Of a stretch of DNA of 64,000 nucleotides, positions 54,345 through 64,000 are shown one piece after another (position 1 is the first letter of the stretch; each line of letters opens with the position of its first letter). The position numbers and the translations under genes were made by a program. The stretch is from NCBI GenBank assembly GCA_040876265.1, contig JBBDPN010000001.1:438208-502207 (forward strand), in the 5' to 3' direction. Source of the stretch: Candidatus Woykebacteria bacterium (lineage in GTDB: Bacteria > Patescibacteriota > Microgenomatia > Woykebacterales > RBG-16-39-9b). The notes under the pieces were generated by a model, which worked only from the letters and a program-made list of their open reading frames with translations, had not been told where the DNA came from and did not search any database.

Positions 54345-57050
54345 GTGGAAGACGCGGAAAAATCTTTCCTTGCAAAATTTAGTCTCTGGTTCCTAAAAAA
54401 TGGAAGGGTGACTTTCCTTCTCTTTATTTCTTTACTCGCTGTCGGTTACGTTTCCTATACGAAACTTCTGACCCGCGAGGGCTTCCCCGCGGTTCAAGTC
54501 CCCATCGTCTTTATCCAAACACCATATTTTGTGGTCGATGTTGAAAAGGTAGATAGGGAAATCACATCCCCTATTGAAAAGTCTATCGCTGACCTTCAGG
54601 AAGTTAAGGAAATAAACTCAACCACCACGGAAAATATTTCATTTGTAATTGTCGAATTTGATCAAGATTTCTCTACTGAGCAAGGTGCAAAAATATTGCG
54701 GGATGAAGTAGAAAAAAGTGCAGTTTTACCCAAAGGTGTCGAACCTGAATACAATACTGTAAATGCCGGATCTATTGATGGAGAACACGACCTACTCTTT
54801 ACTATAAGTGGTGACAAAAGTATTCAGGAGCTTCAAACTAAAGCGGAAGAAATTGCTAATAAACTTGAAGAAGTTAGTGAGGTAGCCACGGGAGATGTCG
54901 TTAACTTAGTAACGAAAGAAACGAACCCTGTAACTGGTGAAGAATTTGATTATCAATCAAGCTTCGATAGGATAGGTCTAAAAAAGGGTAATAAGCTAGA
55001 ATTTTCACCCGCGATATCTATCGGTGTGGTAAAAAAGGGCGACCCCGGTACTCTAAAGCTCTCTGATGCGGTCAGAAATAAAATTGACGAAATCAAAAAA
55101 GATGGTGGCTTGGATGGATACGATATTTCTTACGGTGGGGATTTTGCTGAAAGTCTGAGAAGCGACATCGACGATTTGGAAAACAACGCCTTTACTGGAC
55201 TACTGGCTGTAATAGTAATTTTGTATTTCCTGATTAGTTGGCGAGCCTCAGTTGTAGCTGCCTTATTCATACCAACGGTAATGACTTCCGTATTTGTTGG
55301 TTTGTTTTTATTGGGTTACACACTAAATGTCATTACTCTATTTAGTTTAATTTTGGTTTTGGGTCTCATAGTAGATGATGCCGTAGTTGTGGTGGAAGCG
55401 ATAGACTACCAAAAACGTAATGGTGCCAAGGGAATAAAAGCGATTGCGTCCGCCATAAGGGATATTGCGCCTGCGGATATAGCTGGCACATTAACCACCG
55501 TACTAGTATTTGTCCCCATGTTGTTTGTTTCTGGCCTTTTAGGGGAATTTATCCAGCTCATTCCAATTACCGTTATATTAGCTTTAATATTGTCTATACT
55601 AATCGGACTTTCCATTACTCCATTCCTCTCAAACATTTTTATCACCGATAAAAAAACTGGCGGTTACAAGTTGGGAATGTCAAAAGCGGCTGATTTGACA
55701 TTTAATTTTGTCCTTTACGGACCGAGCAAGTTTGTCAGCTACTTGGGAGACCTCGCCGGGAGATTTATTCGTCTCTATCTACGCCAGTGGTTCCTGGCCA
55801 TTTTGGTGTTAATAACCACAATTGTATGGGTTGGGGTTGGGCTATCTTATTCACAGAAATTGACCTTTGCGGTCTTTGCTCCACCAAAGAACAGCGAGGT
55901 GTTAAATATTTTTCTAACTTACCCAGAAGGAATAGAAATATCCGAAGCTGAGGCGATAGCCAAAGATGCAGAGGAAATAGTAATTTCATCCATAGAAGAA
56001 CACGTAGAAGTCATTAATTATTTCGAAGCAAGCAAAACTTCAGCTTTTCTTTATGTAGAACTCACCCCTATCCGGGATAGAGAAACTACATCGGTAGAAA
56101 TGGTTAAAAAGCTCGTACGTGAATTTGAGAATTTTGGTGAAACTAGAGTGCGGGTAGAACAAGGAGGGGTAGGACCACCAATTGATGAGTTTCAGATAAA
56201 TCTTCAAGTATTTTCTGGTGATCAAGAAACACTAGAGACAGCCACAAAAGACGTCGAGGACTTTTTAACAAATAGAGAAATCAAAAATGATACTTACACC
56301 GAAATAGTAGCTGATGTTTTGGTTGGGGATCTGAATGTTGTTTCAAAGGTTGACAGCAAAAGGTTCGCCAGCATAAAGGCTAAAATAAGCGATCCAAACA
56401 ACACGGGGGCTATTTTGCAACTTCAAGATGACATAGAAAATGAATACGACACAGAAAAACTTAATTCTTTAGGCCTCTCTGAAGATGCGGTTGGCTTTGA
56501 TCTTGGTCAGGAGGGCGAAAATCTTCAATCTTTTGAATCAACGATTGTGGCTTTAGGTATTGCCTTGATTTTGATGTACGTACTCTTGGTATTTCAGTTT
56601 AATTCATTTTCCCAACCCCTACTAATCTTCCTGGCGATACCGTTCACCATTCCGGCCCTCTTTCCAGGACTTTATTTTACAGACAACGCTTTGAGTTTCT
56701 TCGTTATGATCGGGGTAATAGCTTTGAGCGGTATAGTAGTGAACAATTCTATATTTTTAGTAGATTATGCAAATAAAGAGAGAAGGGAGGGTAAAGGGGT
56801 AGCAGAATCGATCGCTCAAGCGGTAAGTATACGTTTTCGACCAATAATAGCTACTTCTCTCACCACTATTGTAGCGCTTCTACCCTTAACCTTGGCTAAC
56901 CCTTTTTGGGAGTCTTTGGGGCTGACAATAATTTTTGGTTTGGCTAGTAGTTCCTTGCTCATAATCCTCGCCTTCCCTGCTTTCTACGCAGTGGTTGAAG
57001 CGGCCCGAGGGGCGCGATCAAAGTTTTGGCATCGCCTCACCAATAGATAA
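54345..57050 (+). CDS. RND-family (AcrB/AcrD/AcrF-like) permease
   Basis: LGLIVDDAVVVVE, GIVVNNSIFLVD, RFRPIIATSLTT; two TM bundles. Confidence 0.88.
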   Translation: MEDAEKSFLAKFSLWFLKNGRVTFLLFISLLAVGYVSYTKLLTREGFPAVQVPIVFIQTPYFVVDVEKVDREITSPIEKSIADLQEVKEINSTTTENISFVIVEFDQDFSTEQGAKILRDEVEKSAVLPKGVEPEYNTVNAGSIDGEHDLLFTISGDKSIQELQTKAEEIANKLEEVSEVATGDVVNLVTKETNPVTGEEFDYQSSFDRIGLKKGNKLEFSPAISIGVVKKGDPGTLKLSDAVRNKIDEIKKDGGLDGYDISYGGDFAESLRSDIDDLENNAFTGLLAVIVILYFLISWRASVVAALFIPTVMTSVFVGLFLLGYTLNVITLFSLILVLGLIVDDAVVVVEAIDYQKRNGAKGIKAIASAIRDIAPADIAGTLTTVLVFVPMLFVSGLLGEFIQLIPITVILALILSILIGLSITPFLSNIFITDKKTGGYKLGMSKAADLTFNFVLYGPSKFVSYLGDLAGRFIRLYLRQWFLAILVLITTIVWVGVGLSYSQKLTFAVFAPPKNSEVLNIFLTYPEGIEISEAEAIAKDAEEIVISSIEEHVEVINYFEASKTSAFLYVELTPIRDRETTSVEMVKKLVREFENFGETRVRVEQGGVGPPIDEFQINLQVFSGDQETLETATKDVEDFLTNREIKNDTYTEIVADVLVGDLNVVSKVDSKRFASIKAKISDPNNTGAILQLQDDIENEYDTEKLNSLGLSEDAVGFDLGQEGENLQSFESTIVALGIALILMYVLLVFQFNSFSQPLLIFLAIPFTIPALFPGLYFTDNALSFFVMIGVIALSGIVVNNSIFLVDYANKERREGKGVAESIAQAVSIRFRPIIATSLTTIVALLPLTLANPFWESLGLTIIFGLASSSLLIILAFPAFYAVVEAARGARSKFWHRLTNR

Positions 57051-57097
57051 ATCCTTTGCTTCACGATACTTGTTTGGGATAAAATTAAAAAAGATTT

Positions 57098-58303
57098 ATG
57101 CCCTCGCCAAAGCTCTTTGCCAGTAAAACAATTATTTTCTCACTTCTGTTATTCATCGTAGTTTCCTTTGGTACTTTGTGGCAGGTTAATAAAAGGATCG
57201 TCGCTGACGAGTGGCTCTGGGTACCAAATGGGGTTCGTTACCTAGAGGCTATAAAAAACAAGGATCCAGAAGGCTTCCATGTATCAAGGCGTCCAGGGGT
57301 TACAGTTTCCTGGATATCGGCGGCCACTACTTACTTGGGTCAGAAATTTGGTGGTGTAAAGGCCAGCGTTGGCCAGCCACGAATCTTTATCGATAAGAAG
57401 GGTTACATGATAAATAGAATCGCATTTGGTTTGCTCACAGCGTCTTTTGTAGTTGCAGCCTTTCTCCTACTGAAAAGGTCAGTCGGTTGGCAACGTTCAT
57501 TAGTAGTCTCGGGTTTGATTGGCTTACAACCATTAACCCTCCTCAAAGGTGAGGCTGTATGGACTGACCTCCTGCTGGCTTTATTTATGTTTTTATCGCT
57601 GGCTAGCTTCCTAAACTATTGGCTAAAAAATGACAGCCGTTTCCTGGTAGCTAGTGGGCTTTTGTTTGGTTTATCTATCGCGACAAAGGCCGCTGGGGTG
57701 ACTCTTTTACCAGTTTTTCTAATTGCGCCCCTTTTTATTAAGTTTAACCAGAAAACGATAAGAAAAGCGTTTTTTTCGACAGTAGCTGTAATTTTCTTTG
57801 GAGTAGTACTTTTTTATCTCATCTACCCTTATCTGTGGCAAAATCCCTTTGGATTCGGAGATCGCTACTCCGAACTAACAACAGATATTGTTCAGACTAA
57901 AGACGCTGCCGCAGCTTCTCTATTTTACTACCCATGGGTTTTTTTCAAAGCTGATCCTGTAGTAACTGGTGGATCTATCCTAATACTTATTCCACTTTTG
58001 ATTGAATTTCTCAGGAAAAAAACTATTCCGTTTTCCATAATTATTTCCGCGGTTGCTGCTGGCGGTTACGCTGCTATGTTGGTCCTTACCTCCCAATTTT
58101 GGTCGGCAAAATATGGGGTAAGGCTCGCCTCGCCAAGATATATTATCCCGGGTATCTATTTCCTAGTTCTTTTTTTTATTGAATCGGTCAACTATTTTTC
58201 GAAAAAAGGATTTAGAACCCTTTGGATCTTACCGGTAGCGGCGCTTCTTCTGAACCTCTATAATTTCTTATCGTTTCTACCCTTGGAGATTTCTGATTAC
58301 TGA
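57098..58303 (+). CDS. GT-C fold (ArnT/PMT-like) glycosyltransferase
   Basis: VADE after TM1, WTD, GLSIATK, SPRYIIP; many TM helices. Confidence 0.75.
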   Translation: MPSPKLFASKTIIFSLLLFIVVSFGTLWQVNKRIVADEWLWVPNGVRYLEAIKNKDPEGFHVSRRPGVTVSWISAATTYLGQKFGGVKASVGQPRIFIDKKGYMINRIAFGLLTASFVVAAFLLLKRSVGWQRSLVVSGLIGLQPLTLLKGEAVWTDLLLALFMFLSLASFLNYWLKNDSRFLVASGLLFGLSIATKAAGVTLLPVFLIAPLFIKFNQKTIRKAFFSTVAVIFFGVVLFYLIYPYLWQNPFGFGDRYSELTTDIVQTKDAAAASLFYYPWVFFKADPVVTGGSILILIPLLIEFLRKKTIPFSIIISAVAAGGYAAMLVLTSQFWSAKYGVRLASPRYIIPGIYFLVLFFIESVNYFSKKGFRTLWILPVAALLLNLYNFLSFLPLEISDY

Positions 58304-58498
58304 TCAATGATCGTGTTGGTCGCGCTCATCCTCGCTTATCCTTTTACCACAACTAGTACAATACAAACCTTTTTCAAGAGGCTCTTTGTGCATGGTGCAA
58401 CTCTGAGTTCCGCAGGCCGTCAGCCCTTTGTCATATTCTTCTTGAGTGATAACCGCGCCACAAGTACCGGTGCAAAAATATCTCGTTTCTACTGCCAT
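58304..58498 (-). CDS. Small Cys/His-rich metal-binding protein
   Basis: CTGTC..C....C.MH..CTSC..HDH; strong SD GGAGGTGA. Confidence 0.7.
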   Translation of the reverse strand: MAVETRYFCTGTCGAVITQEEYDKGLTACGTQSCTMHKEPLEKGLYCTSCGKRISEDERDQHDH

Positions 58499-58603
58499 AA
58501 TTTCACCTCCTACACTATCTATTATATCAATATTTATTTAGCTTCAATTTTTCTTGACTAAACTTGTGAATCTGAGCTACACTTTAGCTAGAAATTCATA
58601 TTT

Positions 58604-59560
58604 ATGGCCAACAAGAAAGGTTCCTCATTTTCCAAAGACAGTGGGCCTCACACCCAAACCCAGGAGGCTGAAGAGGTTGAAAGAATTTTGAATGATGGCG
58701 TCACCTCTACAACGGGGGCTTATCAACAAGCAATTAGAGAGCTAACTCAAGCAAATTTGAGACTGCGGCAACTTGATAAAGCAAAGGACGAGTTTATTTC
58801 TATCGCCTCCCATGAACTGCGAAACCCAATGGCTATTATAAAAGGTAATATAAGCATGATGTTGACTGGGGACACGGGTGAAATTAATCCTGAAGCACGA
58901 GACGTGCTCACTGATATGATGATAGCAGTTGAGCGGCAAATCCGCCTAGTAAACGAGCTTCTTGATATCTCAAGAATAGAAGCGGGGGTAATAAATTTTA
59001 ATTTAAGCTCCTCAATCCAGATAGACCAAGTAGCGGAGCTTTTAGCGACTTCTTTGAGAACGGTGGCCGAAAAGCAAAATGTAGAAATCAAAGTAAATAA
59101 ACCGCAGCAGCCTTTCCCTGCCGTCCAAGCAGACCACGATAAAATAAGCCAGGTTCTGATCAACCTAGTCACCAACGCGCTGAAATTTACCCAGGACGGA
59201 TCAATTACAATAGATATAAAACAAAAGGGCGATCTTGTACTCACCTGTGTCACCGACGCGGGGTCTGGGATCGCAGAGAACCAAAAAAGTGAGCTATTTA
59301 AGAAGTTTTCCAAAGCCGGCGCGCCAACCCCAGGAACTATTTCTTCCGGAAGCGGCCTTGGCTTGTACATATCAAAAAAATATATTGAAAAGCAAGGTGG
59401 TGATATTTGGTTAGAGGCAAGTGAGCCTGGTGTTGGTTCAACATTTTGCTTTTCACTGCCAATTGCCGACAGCAAAAAGGCCAGGGAGATAGCTGAAGGA
59501 ATAAAATCTCTCCAACCAATAAAAGATATTCATTTAAAAAATAAAGGAGGTGACCTATGA
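58604..59560 (+). CDS. Cytoplasmic histidine kinase (HisKA + HATPase, no sensor domain)
   Basis: FISIASHELRNP, NLVTNALKFT, D.GSGI, GSGLGL, GSTF.F. Confidence 0.92.
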   Translation: MANKKGSSFSKDSGPHTQTQEAEEVERILNDGVTSTTGAYQQAIRELTQANLRLRQLDKAKDEFISIASHELRNPMAIIKGNISMMLTGDTGEINPEARDVLTDMMIAVERQIRLVNELLDISRIEAGVINFNLSSSIQIDQVAELLATSLRTVAEKQNVEIKVNKPQQPFPAVQADHDKISQVLINLVTNALKFTQDGSITIDIKQKGDLVLTCVTDAGSGIAENQKSELFKKFSKAGAPTPGTISSGSGLGLYISKKYIEKQGGDIWLEASEPGVGSTFCFSLPIADSKKAREIAEGIKSLQPIKDIHLKNKGGDL

Positions 59561-59925
59561 GTAAAGTATTGCTTATTGAAGACGATTCGCTCTTTGTAAA
59601 AATGTATCAGAAAAAATTTGCTCACGAGGGTCTGGAACTTGAAGCCGCTTACGATGGTGCTGAAGGTGTTGAAAGAGCAAAGTCTATAAAACCGAACCTG
59701 ATAATACTGGACCTGATGCTTCCAAAACTAAGTGGTAGCGAGGTGTTGGAAACTCTAAAAGAGTCTCCCGAAACCAGTTCGATACCAGTTGTCGTACTAA
59801 CGAACCTTAATACCACCGCTGATGAAGTAAACAAATGTATTGAGCTGGGTGTGAAGGAAACATTCTTGAAAACGAATGTAACACCTGATCAAGTGGTTGA
59901 CTCCGTTAAAAAATATGCCCAATGA
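59557..59925 (+). CDS. Single-domain response regulator
   Basis: LLIEDD, ILDLMLP, LTN, K; overlaps both the HK and pilB. Confidence 0.92.
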   Translation: MSKVLLIEDDSLFVKMYQKKFAHEGLELEAAYDGAEGVERAKSIKPNLIILDLMLPKLSGSEVLETLKESPETSSIPVVVLTNLNTTADEVNKCIELGVKETFLKTNVTPDQVVDSVKKYAQ

Positions 59926-61607
59926 AGCTCGCTAATCCAGAAATCAAAGAAGCTATTATTCGCAGTGGATTTGTTACAGAGTCAGAAGTCGCCGAAGCTG
60001 AGAAAATTGCCCACGATCAAAACCGTTCCACTATAGATGTTTTGGTCGAGCGTGGAATTATCATTGAAAAGTTTCTAGGTGAGACTTTGGCTTCGCGCCT
60101 AGGATTTTCCTATGCAGATCTAAAAGACAAAGTAATAGGCGATGACCTCCTAAAATTAATACCCGAAAATCTGGCTAGTGAAAAAAGGGTGATCGCTTTC
60201 GACAAGAGAAACAACACTTTACTCTTGGCAATGGAAGATCCCAGCGACGTTGAAACCATTGAGTACATAAAGAAAAAAACTGGATTGCTGGTTGAGCCCT
60301 TTTTTACCTTACCCGCCGTTCTAAACAATGCCCTTGACCAATACAGAAAAAACATCAAGGTCAATTTTGAAACAGCGATATCACAAAATGTAACCGTTGC
60401 TCAAAAGCTGGCTACTATCAGCGCAAAGGATACACCGGTAGTTAAGATCTTAGAAACTCTTCTTGAGTACGCAGCCAGCGAGAAAGCTTCTGATATACAT
60501 ATAGAAAACGTCGGGGACCGTCTGGTAATTCGTTTCAGGGTGGATGGGAAACTTCGAGATGTTCTCGATCTACCAAGTAAATTACAGTCTGGTCTTATCA
60601 CCAGAATAAAAATTCTTTCCAGCCTTCGAACAGACGAACACCGCATCCCTCAAGACGGGCGATTTAGATTCCGACATAGAGATGATGAGATTTCTGCCCG
60701 TGTATCTATTTTACCCACTTATCACGGTGAAGACGCTGTTTTGAGACTACTTTCGGCGGCGGCCCGCCCAAAAACTCTTGAAGGCCTCGGTCTTACGGGA
60801 AGCAATCTTGAAATTGTAAAGCGCGAATTGAAAAGCCCGAAAGGAATGGCGCTTTCAACTGGACCTACCGGAAGTGGTAAAACGACGACTCTTTATAACC
60901 TTCTCACCCTAATTAATACTTCCGACGTAAACATATGTACGATCGAAGATCCAATAGAATACGGGCTACCTCGAGTTAACCAAACGCAAGTAAATCCAGC
61001 GGCAGGTTTTACCTTCGCCAATGGTTTGCGATCTATTTTGCGCCATGATCCAGATATTGTTTTGGTTGGCGAAATCAGAGACAACGAAACCGCCGAGATC
61101 GCTGTTCACGCTGCTCTTACTGGACATTTGGTTCTCTCCTCGCTACATACAAACAGCGCCGTGGGTGCAATCCCACGATTACTTGATCTTGGCGTACAGC
61201 CTTACCTAATTGGTTCTAGTTTAAGCTTAATCATTGCCCAAAGGCTGGTAGCAAAAAATGACCAAAACTGTATTGTGGCTGAACCAATCGGACGAGATGT
61301 CATAGCTTCTATTGAGAAGGATTATGATTTAAAGGTACCGGAAAGCTTTTCCAAAAGTCCAAAACAATATAAAGGAAAAGGTTGTAAAGTATGTAACAAT
61401 GAGGGCTTTAACGGTCGGATTGGGGTATTCGAAGTTTTGATAGTAAGCGAGGAGATACGAGAACTGATTTTTACCAAGGCGCCGATTTCTGAGATAGAAA
61501 AACAGGCGAGGAAAGAAGGTTTTAAAAGTATGCTCGAGGATGGCTTGGACAAAGTGCAATCGGGATCGACCACAATGGAAGAAGTCCTTCGCGCTGTTAG
61601 AGAGTAG
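59922..61607 (+). CDS. pilB: Type IV pilus assembly ATPase (PilB/GspE)
   Basis: ASDIHIE, PQDGRF, GPTGSGKTTT, EDPIEY, LRHDPD..LVGEIRD, TGHLV.S.LHTN. Confidence 0.93.
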   Translation: MKLANPEIKEAIIRSGFVTESEVAEAEKIAHDQNRSTIDVLVERGIIIEKFLGETLASRLGFSYADLKDKVIGDDLLKLIPENLASEKRVIAFDKRNNTLLLAMEDPSDVETIEYIKKKTGLLVEPFFTLPAVLNNALDQYRKNIKVNFETAISQNVTVAQKLATISAKDTPVVKILETLLEYAASEKASDIHIENVGDRLVIRFRVDGKLRDVLDLPSKLQSGLITRIKILSSLRTDEHRIPQDGRFRFRHRDDEISARVSILPTYHGEDAVLRLLSAAARPKTLEGLGLTGSNLEIVKRELKSPKGMALSTGPTGSGKTTTLYNLLTLINTSDVNICTIEDPIEYGLPRVNQTQVNPAAGFTFANGLRSILRHDPDIVLVGEIRDNETAEIAVHAALTGHLVLSSLHTNSAVGAIPRLLDLGVQPYLIGSSLSLIIAQRLVAKNDQNCIVAEPIGRDVIASIEKDYDLKVPESFSKSPKQYKGKGCKVCNNEGFNGRIGVFEVLIVSEEIRELIFTKAPISEIEKQARKEGFKSMLEDGLDKVQSGSTTMEEVLRAVRE

Positions 61608-61612
61608 TAAAA

Positions 61613-62686
61613 ATGAAACTGCCTTTTTTTAGTAAAACAAACAAGCTTTCAGCCGATGAACGGTTAGCTGTTGTCGAAGGCCTCTCGATAATGCTCGCTG
61701 CCGGCGTACCTATTCTTGAAGCTCTTGATTCGTTAGTAGAGGATGTCGTAAACAAGGGTACTAAGGAAATAATCAAAGGTCTATCAAATGAGATTAGTGG
61801 TGGTAAGTCACTAGCAGAAGCGATGGCTGCTTATCCGCTCTCCTTTAATTCGGTATTAATAAATATCGTTAAATCCGGTGAAGAAAGTGGAAAACTCGAA
61901 CAAGTTTTAGAGCAACTAGCAGCCAACATCAAGTCCGATATTGAAACGAATAACAACATCAAATCCGCTCTATTTTACCCTGTCTTGGTTATGATCGTTC
62001 TAGTTGGTGTTTCTTTTTACATGTTTACTTTTGCTCTGCCACGGATCGCAAAAGTCTTCACTGACCTCGCCATAAATCTACCCGCATACTCTGCTTTTGT
62101 TCTGAAATCTTCACTATTTATGGAAAAATACTACCTGTACGTTTTAGCGGTTCTATTTGTTTTATTGGTTATCTCTATCAGGCTCTTGGCAATAGATCGG
62201 GTAAGGCAAACTGTGTTTTCGATCCTTGCGAAGGTACCCACCATAAGGTCGTTAATTAGGTTTATGGACTTATCTAGGTTCACCAACACTACGGCACTTT
62301 TGCTCTCTTCAGGCATTCCAATTATTCGGGCCCTGGAAATCTCAAAAGAAGTGGTGATTTCCCCTAAGTTGCGGTTTGATATTGGCTCCATGACTGATCT
62401 TCTCGCTCAAGGAGAAAATCTTTCTGAGGCTATGAAGAAAAGCCCAAATAGCTTTCCAGCGCTTCTTCGACGCGTGGTTGGCGTGGGTGAGGAAACAGGG
62501 AGTTTGGATAAATCCTTGATGAATATTTCCGGGCACTACGAGAAAAAATTTACTGACATCGTTAAAAACCTAACGGTTTTGTTGGAACCGCTGCTCTTGG
62601 TAGTTATCGGAGTAGTTGTTGGTATCGTTCTTTTTTCAATAATTGCTCCAATTTACCAACTGATCGGGCAAATAAGTCCGCAATGA
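61613..62686 (+). CDS. pilC: Type IV pilus platform protein (PilC/GspF)
   Basis: GVPILEAL, GEESGKL, SALFYP, GEETGSL, LLEP. Confidence 0.92.
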   Translation: MKLPFFSKTNKLSADERLAVVEGLSIMLAAGVPILEALDSLVEDVVNKGTKEIIKGLSNEISGGKSLAEAMAAYPLSFNSVLINIVKSGEESGKLEQVLEQLAANIKSDIETNNNIKSALFYPVLVMIVLVGVSFYMFTFALPRIAKVFTDLAINLPAYSAFVLKSSLFMEKYYLYVLAVLFVLLVISIRLLAIDRVRQTVFSILAKVPTIRSLIRFMDLSRFTNTTALLLSSGIPIIRALEISKEVVISPKLRFDIGSMTDLLAQGENLSEAMKKSPNSFPALLRRVVGVGEETGSLDKSLMNISGHYEKKFTDIVKNLTVLLEPLLLVVIGVVVGIVLFSIIAPIYQLIGQISPQ

Positions 62687-62692
62687 TCCGCG

Positions 62693-63208
62693 ATGAACAC
62701 CCTGAAACGAAGAAATGGTTTTACTCTTATAGAACTTATTCTCGTAGTCTCCCTATTGAGCGCCGTCCTAGTAGTCACCACAATTACCCTATTTAGACCC
62801 TTATCGAAGGCTAACTTAGATGCGGTTGCCTCGGATATAGCAGCAACGTTAAGAGAAGCGCAAGATAAATCTATGAATACAGATACCGCAGGCGGACCGC
62901 AAACTAGTGAGTACGGCCTTCACTTTGAAACGGCTAGCTATACCCTGTTCCGAGGAACTTCGTTTTCGCAAAGTAGCCCGGACAATTTTAAGGTCAACAC
63001 CCCATCCAGTATATCCCTAGAAGCCGACCTACCCTGCCCATCTCCACCAACAGAGTGTAATAACGTTGTATTTGCGAAAATCTCCGGTGGAGTGTCGGGC
63101 TTTGATAATACTAAAAACAGTGTGTGCATACGGGAGACAAACTCAAATAACGAGCAGCTACTGCGTATAAATTTCTTGGGGGTGGTAAATATTCAAGATG
63201 GTTGCTGA
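62693..63208 (+). CDS. Type IV pilin / pseudopilin
   Basis: Prepilin cleavage motif G|FTLIEL followed by a hydrophobic helix. Confidence 0.88.
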   Translation: MNTLKRRNGFTLIELILVVSLLSAVLVVTTITLFRPLSKANLDAVASDIAATLREAQDKSMNTDTAGGPQTSEYGLHFETASYTLFRGTSFSQSSPDNFKVNTPSSISLEADLPCPSPPTECNNVVFAKISGGVSGFDNTKNSVCIRETNSNNEQLLRINFLGVVNIQDGC

Positions 63209-64000
63209 ATCTCTACAGAAAAGCCTCCTTCGACAAAAAGGCCAAGCTTTATTAGAGTTGATACTGGCGATAGTAATATCCACCACAATTCTCATCTCCT
63301 TAACTACTGGAATTATTTCGGCTAGAGAGGGTTTGGCCAGGACTGGAAAAAATTTAGAAGCGGAGCTGATCTTACAAAAAGAAATAGAGGCTCTGAGGAG
63401 TGTGAAAGAAACTGGCTGGAATTTATTTGCTACTCCTGGTACTTACCACACCCAGAAATCTGGCAACGGCTGGACGGTTGGGGCAGGTATAGCACCGCAA
63501 GGAGGCTTTGATCGAGGCTTCACTGTCGCCAATGTTTGCCGCGCTAGTGCAACATCTACTCCTATTAGTTGTTCCGACCCTCAAGCAATTGTTGATCCTT
63601 CGACAAAGGAAATAACCGTAACAGTATCCTGGCCCTTTCTTGGCACAAAGTCGGTATCCTCAACTTTTTATTTGACTCGCTATTTTGGAAATCAGGCCTG
63701 GACACAAACTACTGAAGCTGAGTTTAACGCTGGCACACTTACGAATACGGTTGTAACTAACAACGCCGGTGGTGAGATCGAACTTGCTCCTTCAGACGGA
63801 GGTAATTGGAACAACCCCCAGGTAGTAGCGAGCCGAGATTTTACCGGAACAGTCGATGCAACCGACGTGTTTGTTGAAAACAACAAAGCTTACGTGGTTT
63901 CTCTAACCAGAACTGGAGCGGATTTTTTCATCTATGATGTGGCCACTCCTAACAACCCAACCCTTTTGGGCTCACTCGATCTTGGAGCTAACGCCTACGC
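63198..64000 (+). CDS. Large pilin-like protein with LVIVD-type repeat (3'-truncated by window edge)
   Basis: MVAES..KG|QALLELILAIVI..; DPSTKEITVTVSW, YLTRY, WTQTT..EF..G; ..AYVV..FFIYDVATPNNPTLLGSLD. Frame is open to the edge. Confidence 0.8.
   Translation, partial: MVAESLQKSLLRQKGQALLELILAIVISTTILISLTTGIISAREGLARTGKNLEAELILQKEIEALRSVKETGWNLFATPGTYHTQKSGNGWTVGAGIAPQGGFDRGFTVANVCRASATSTPISCSDPQAIVDPSTKEITVTVSWPFLGTKSVSSTFYLTRYFGNQAWTQTTEAEFNAGTLTNTVVTNNAGGEIELAPSDGGNWNNPQVVASRDFTGTVDATDVFVENNKAYVVSLTRTGADFFIYDVATPNNPTLLGSLDLGANAY

Noticed and set aside
58747-59475. 242-aa antisense ORF over the histidine kinase, and similar shadows over copB, nrdJ and gap
   Set aside because: Fully antisense to well-supported genes, with no motifs of their own.
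1-64000. Inferring RM specificity from site avoidance
   Set aside because: GGTCTC/GTCTC sites occur in the window (e.g. near 17438, 21245, 23047). No depletion can be claimed without counting, and a recent island would leave no signal.

Overview
Bacterial DNA with Patescibacteria (CPR, Microgenomates-like) gene content: a compact fermentative carbon operon, a type IV pilus locus and many small membrane proteins. The taxonomy is inferred from gene content only. Bases 1 to ~11030 are the right end of an AT-richer genomic island closed by a 20-bp tRNA 3'-end duplicate (11009-11028, tRNA-Glu-like). The island carries an Eco31I/Alw26I/Esp3I-family type IIS restriction-modification system with a co-oriented LexA-like repressor. 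It also has a second S24 peptidase gene frameshifted in a C10 run, a row of small genes each with its own sigma70 promoter, a VapBC module and a structured non-coding segment. The backbone has uppS, a protease-less Lon ATPase, a CsoR/CopB copper operon and a GT2/deacetylase/GH18/WbqC polysaccharide cluster. Next come a cobalamin-riboswitch-controlled operon that resembles a split transcobalamin plus an S-component-like transporter, nrdR-nrdJ (B12-dependent RNR), and thioredoxin, glycolysis and pentose-phosphate genes. The right part has a GC-rich insert encoding a probable DGR target protein beside a truncated alkD, an ABC exporter, a CheD-like deamidase, an orphan RND permease, and an HK-RR-pilB-pilC-pilin operon running off the edge. 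No CRISPR array, rRNA, complete tRNA, integrase or reverse transcriptase was seen.
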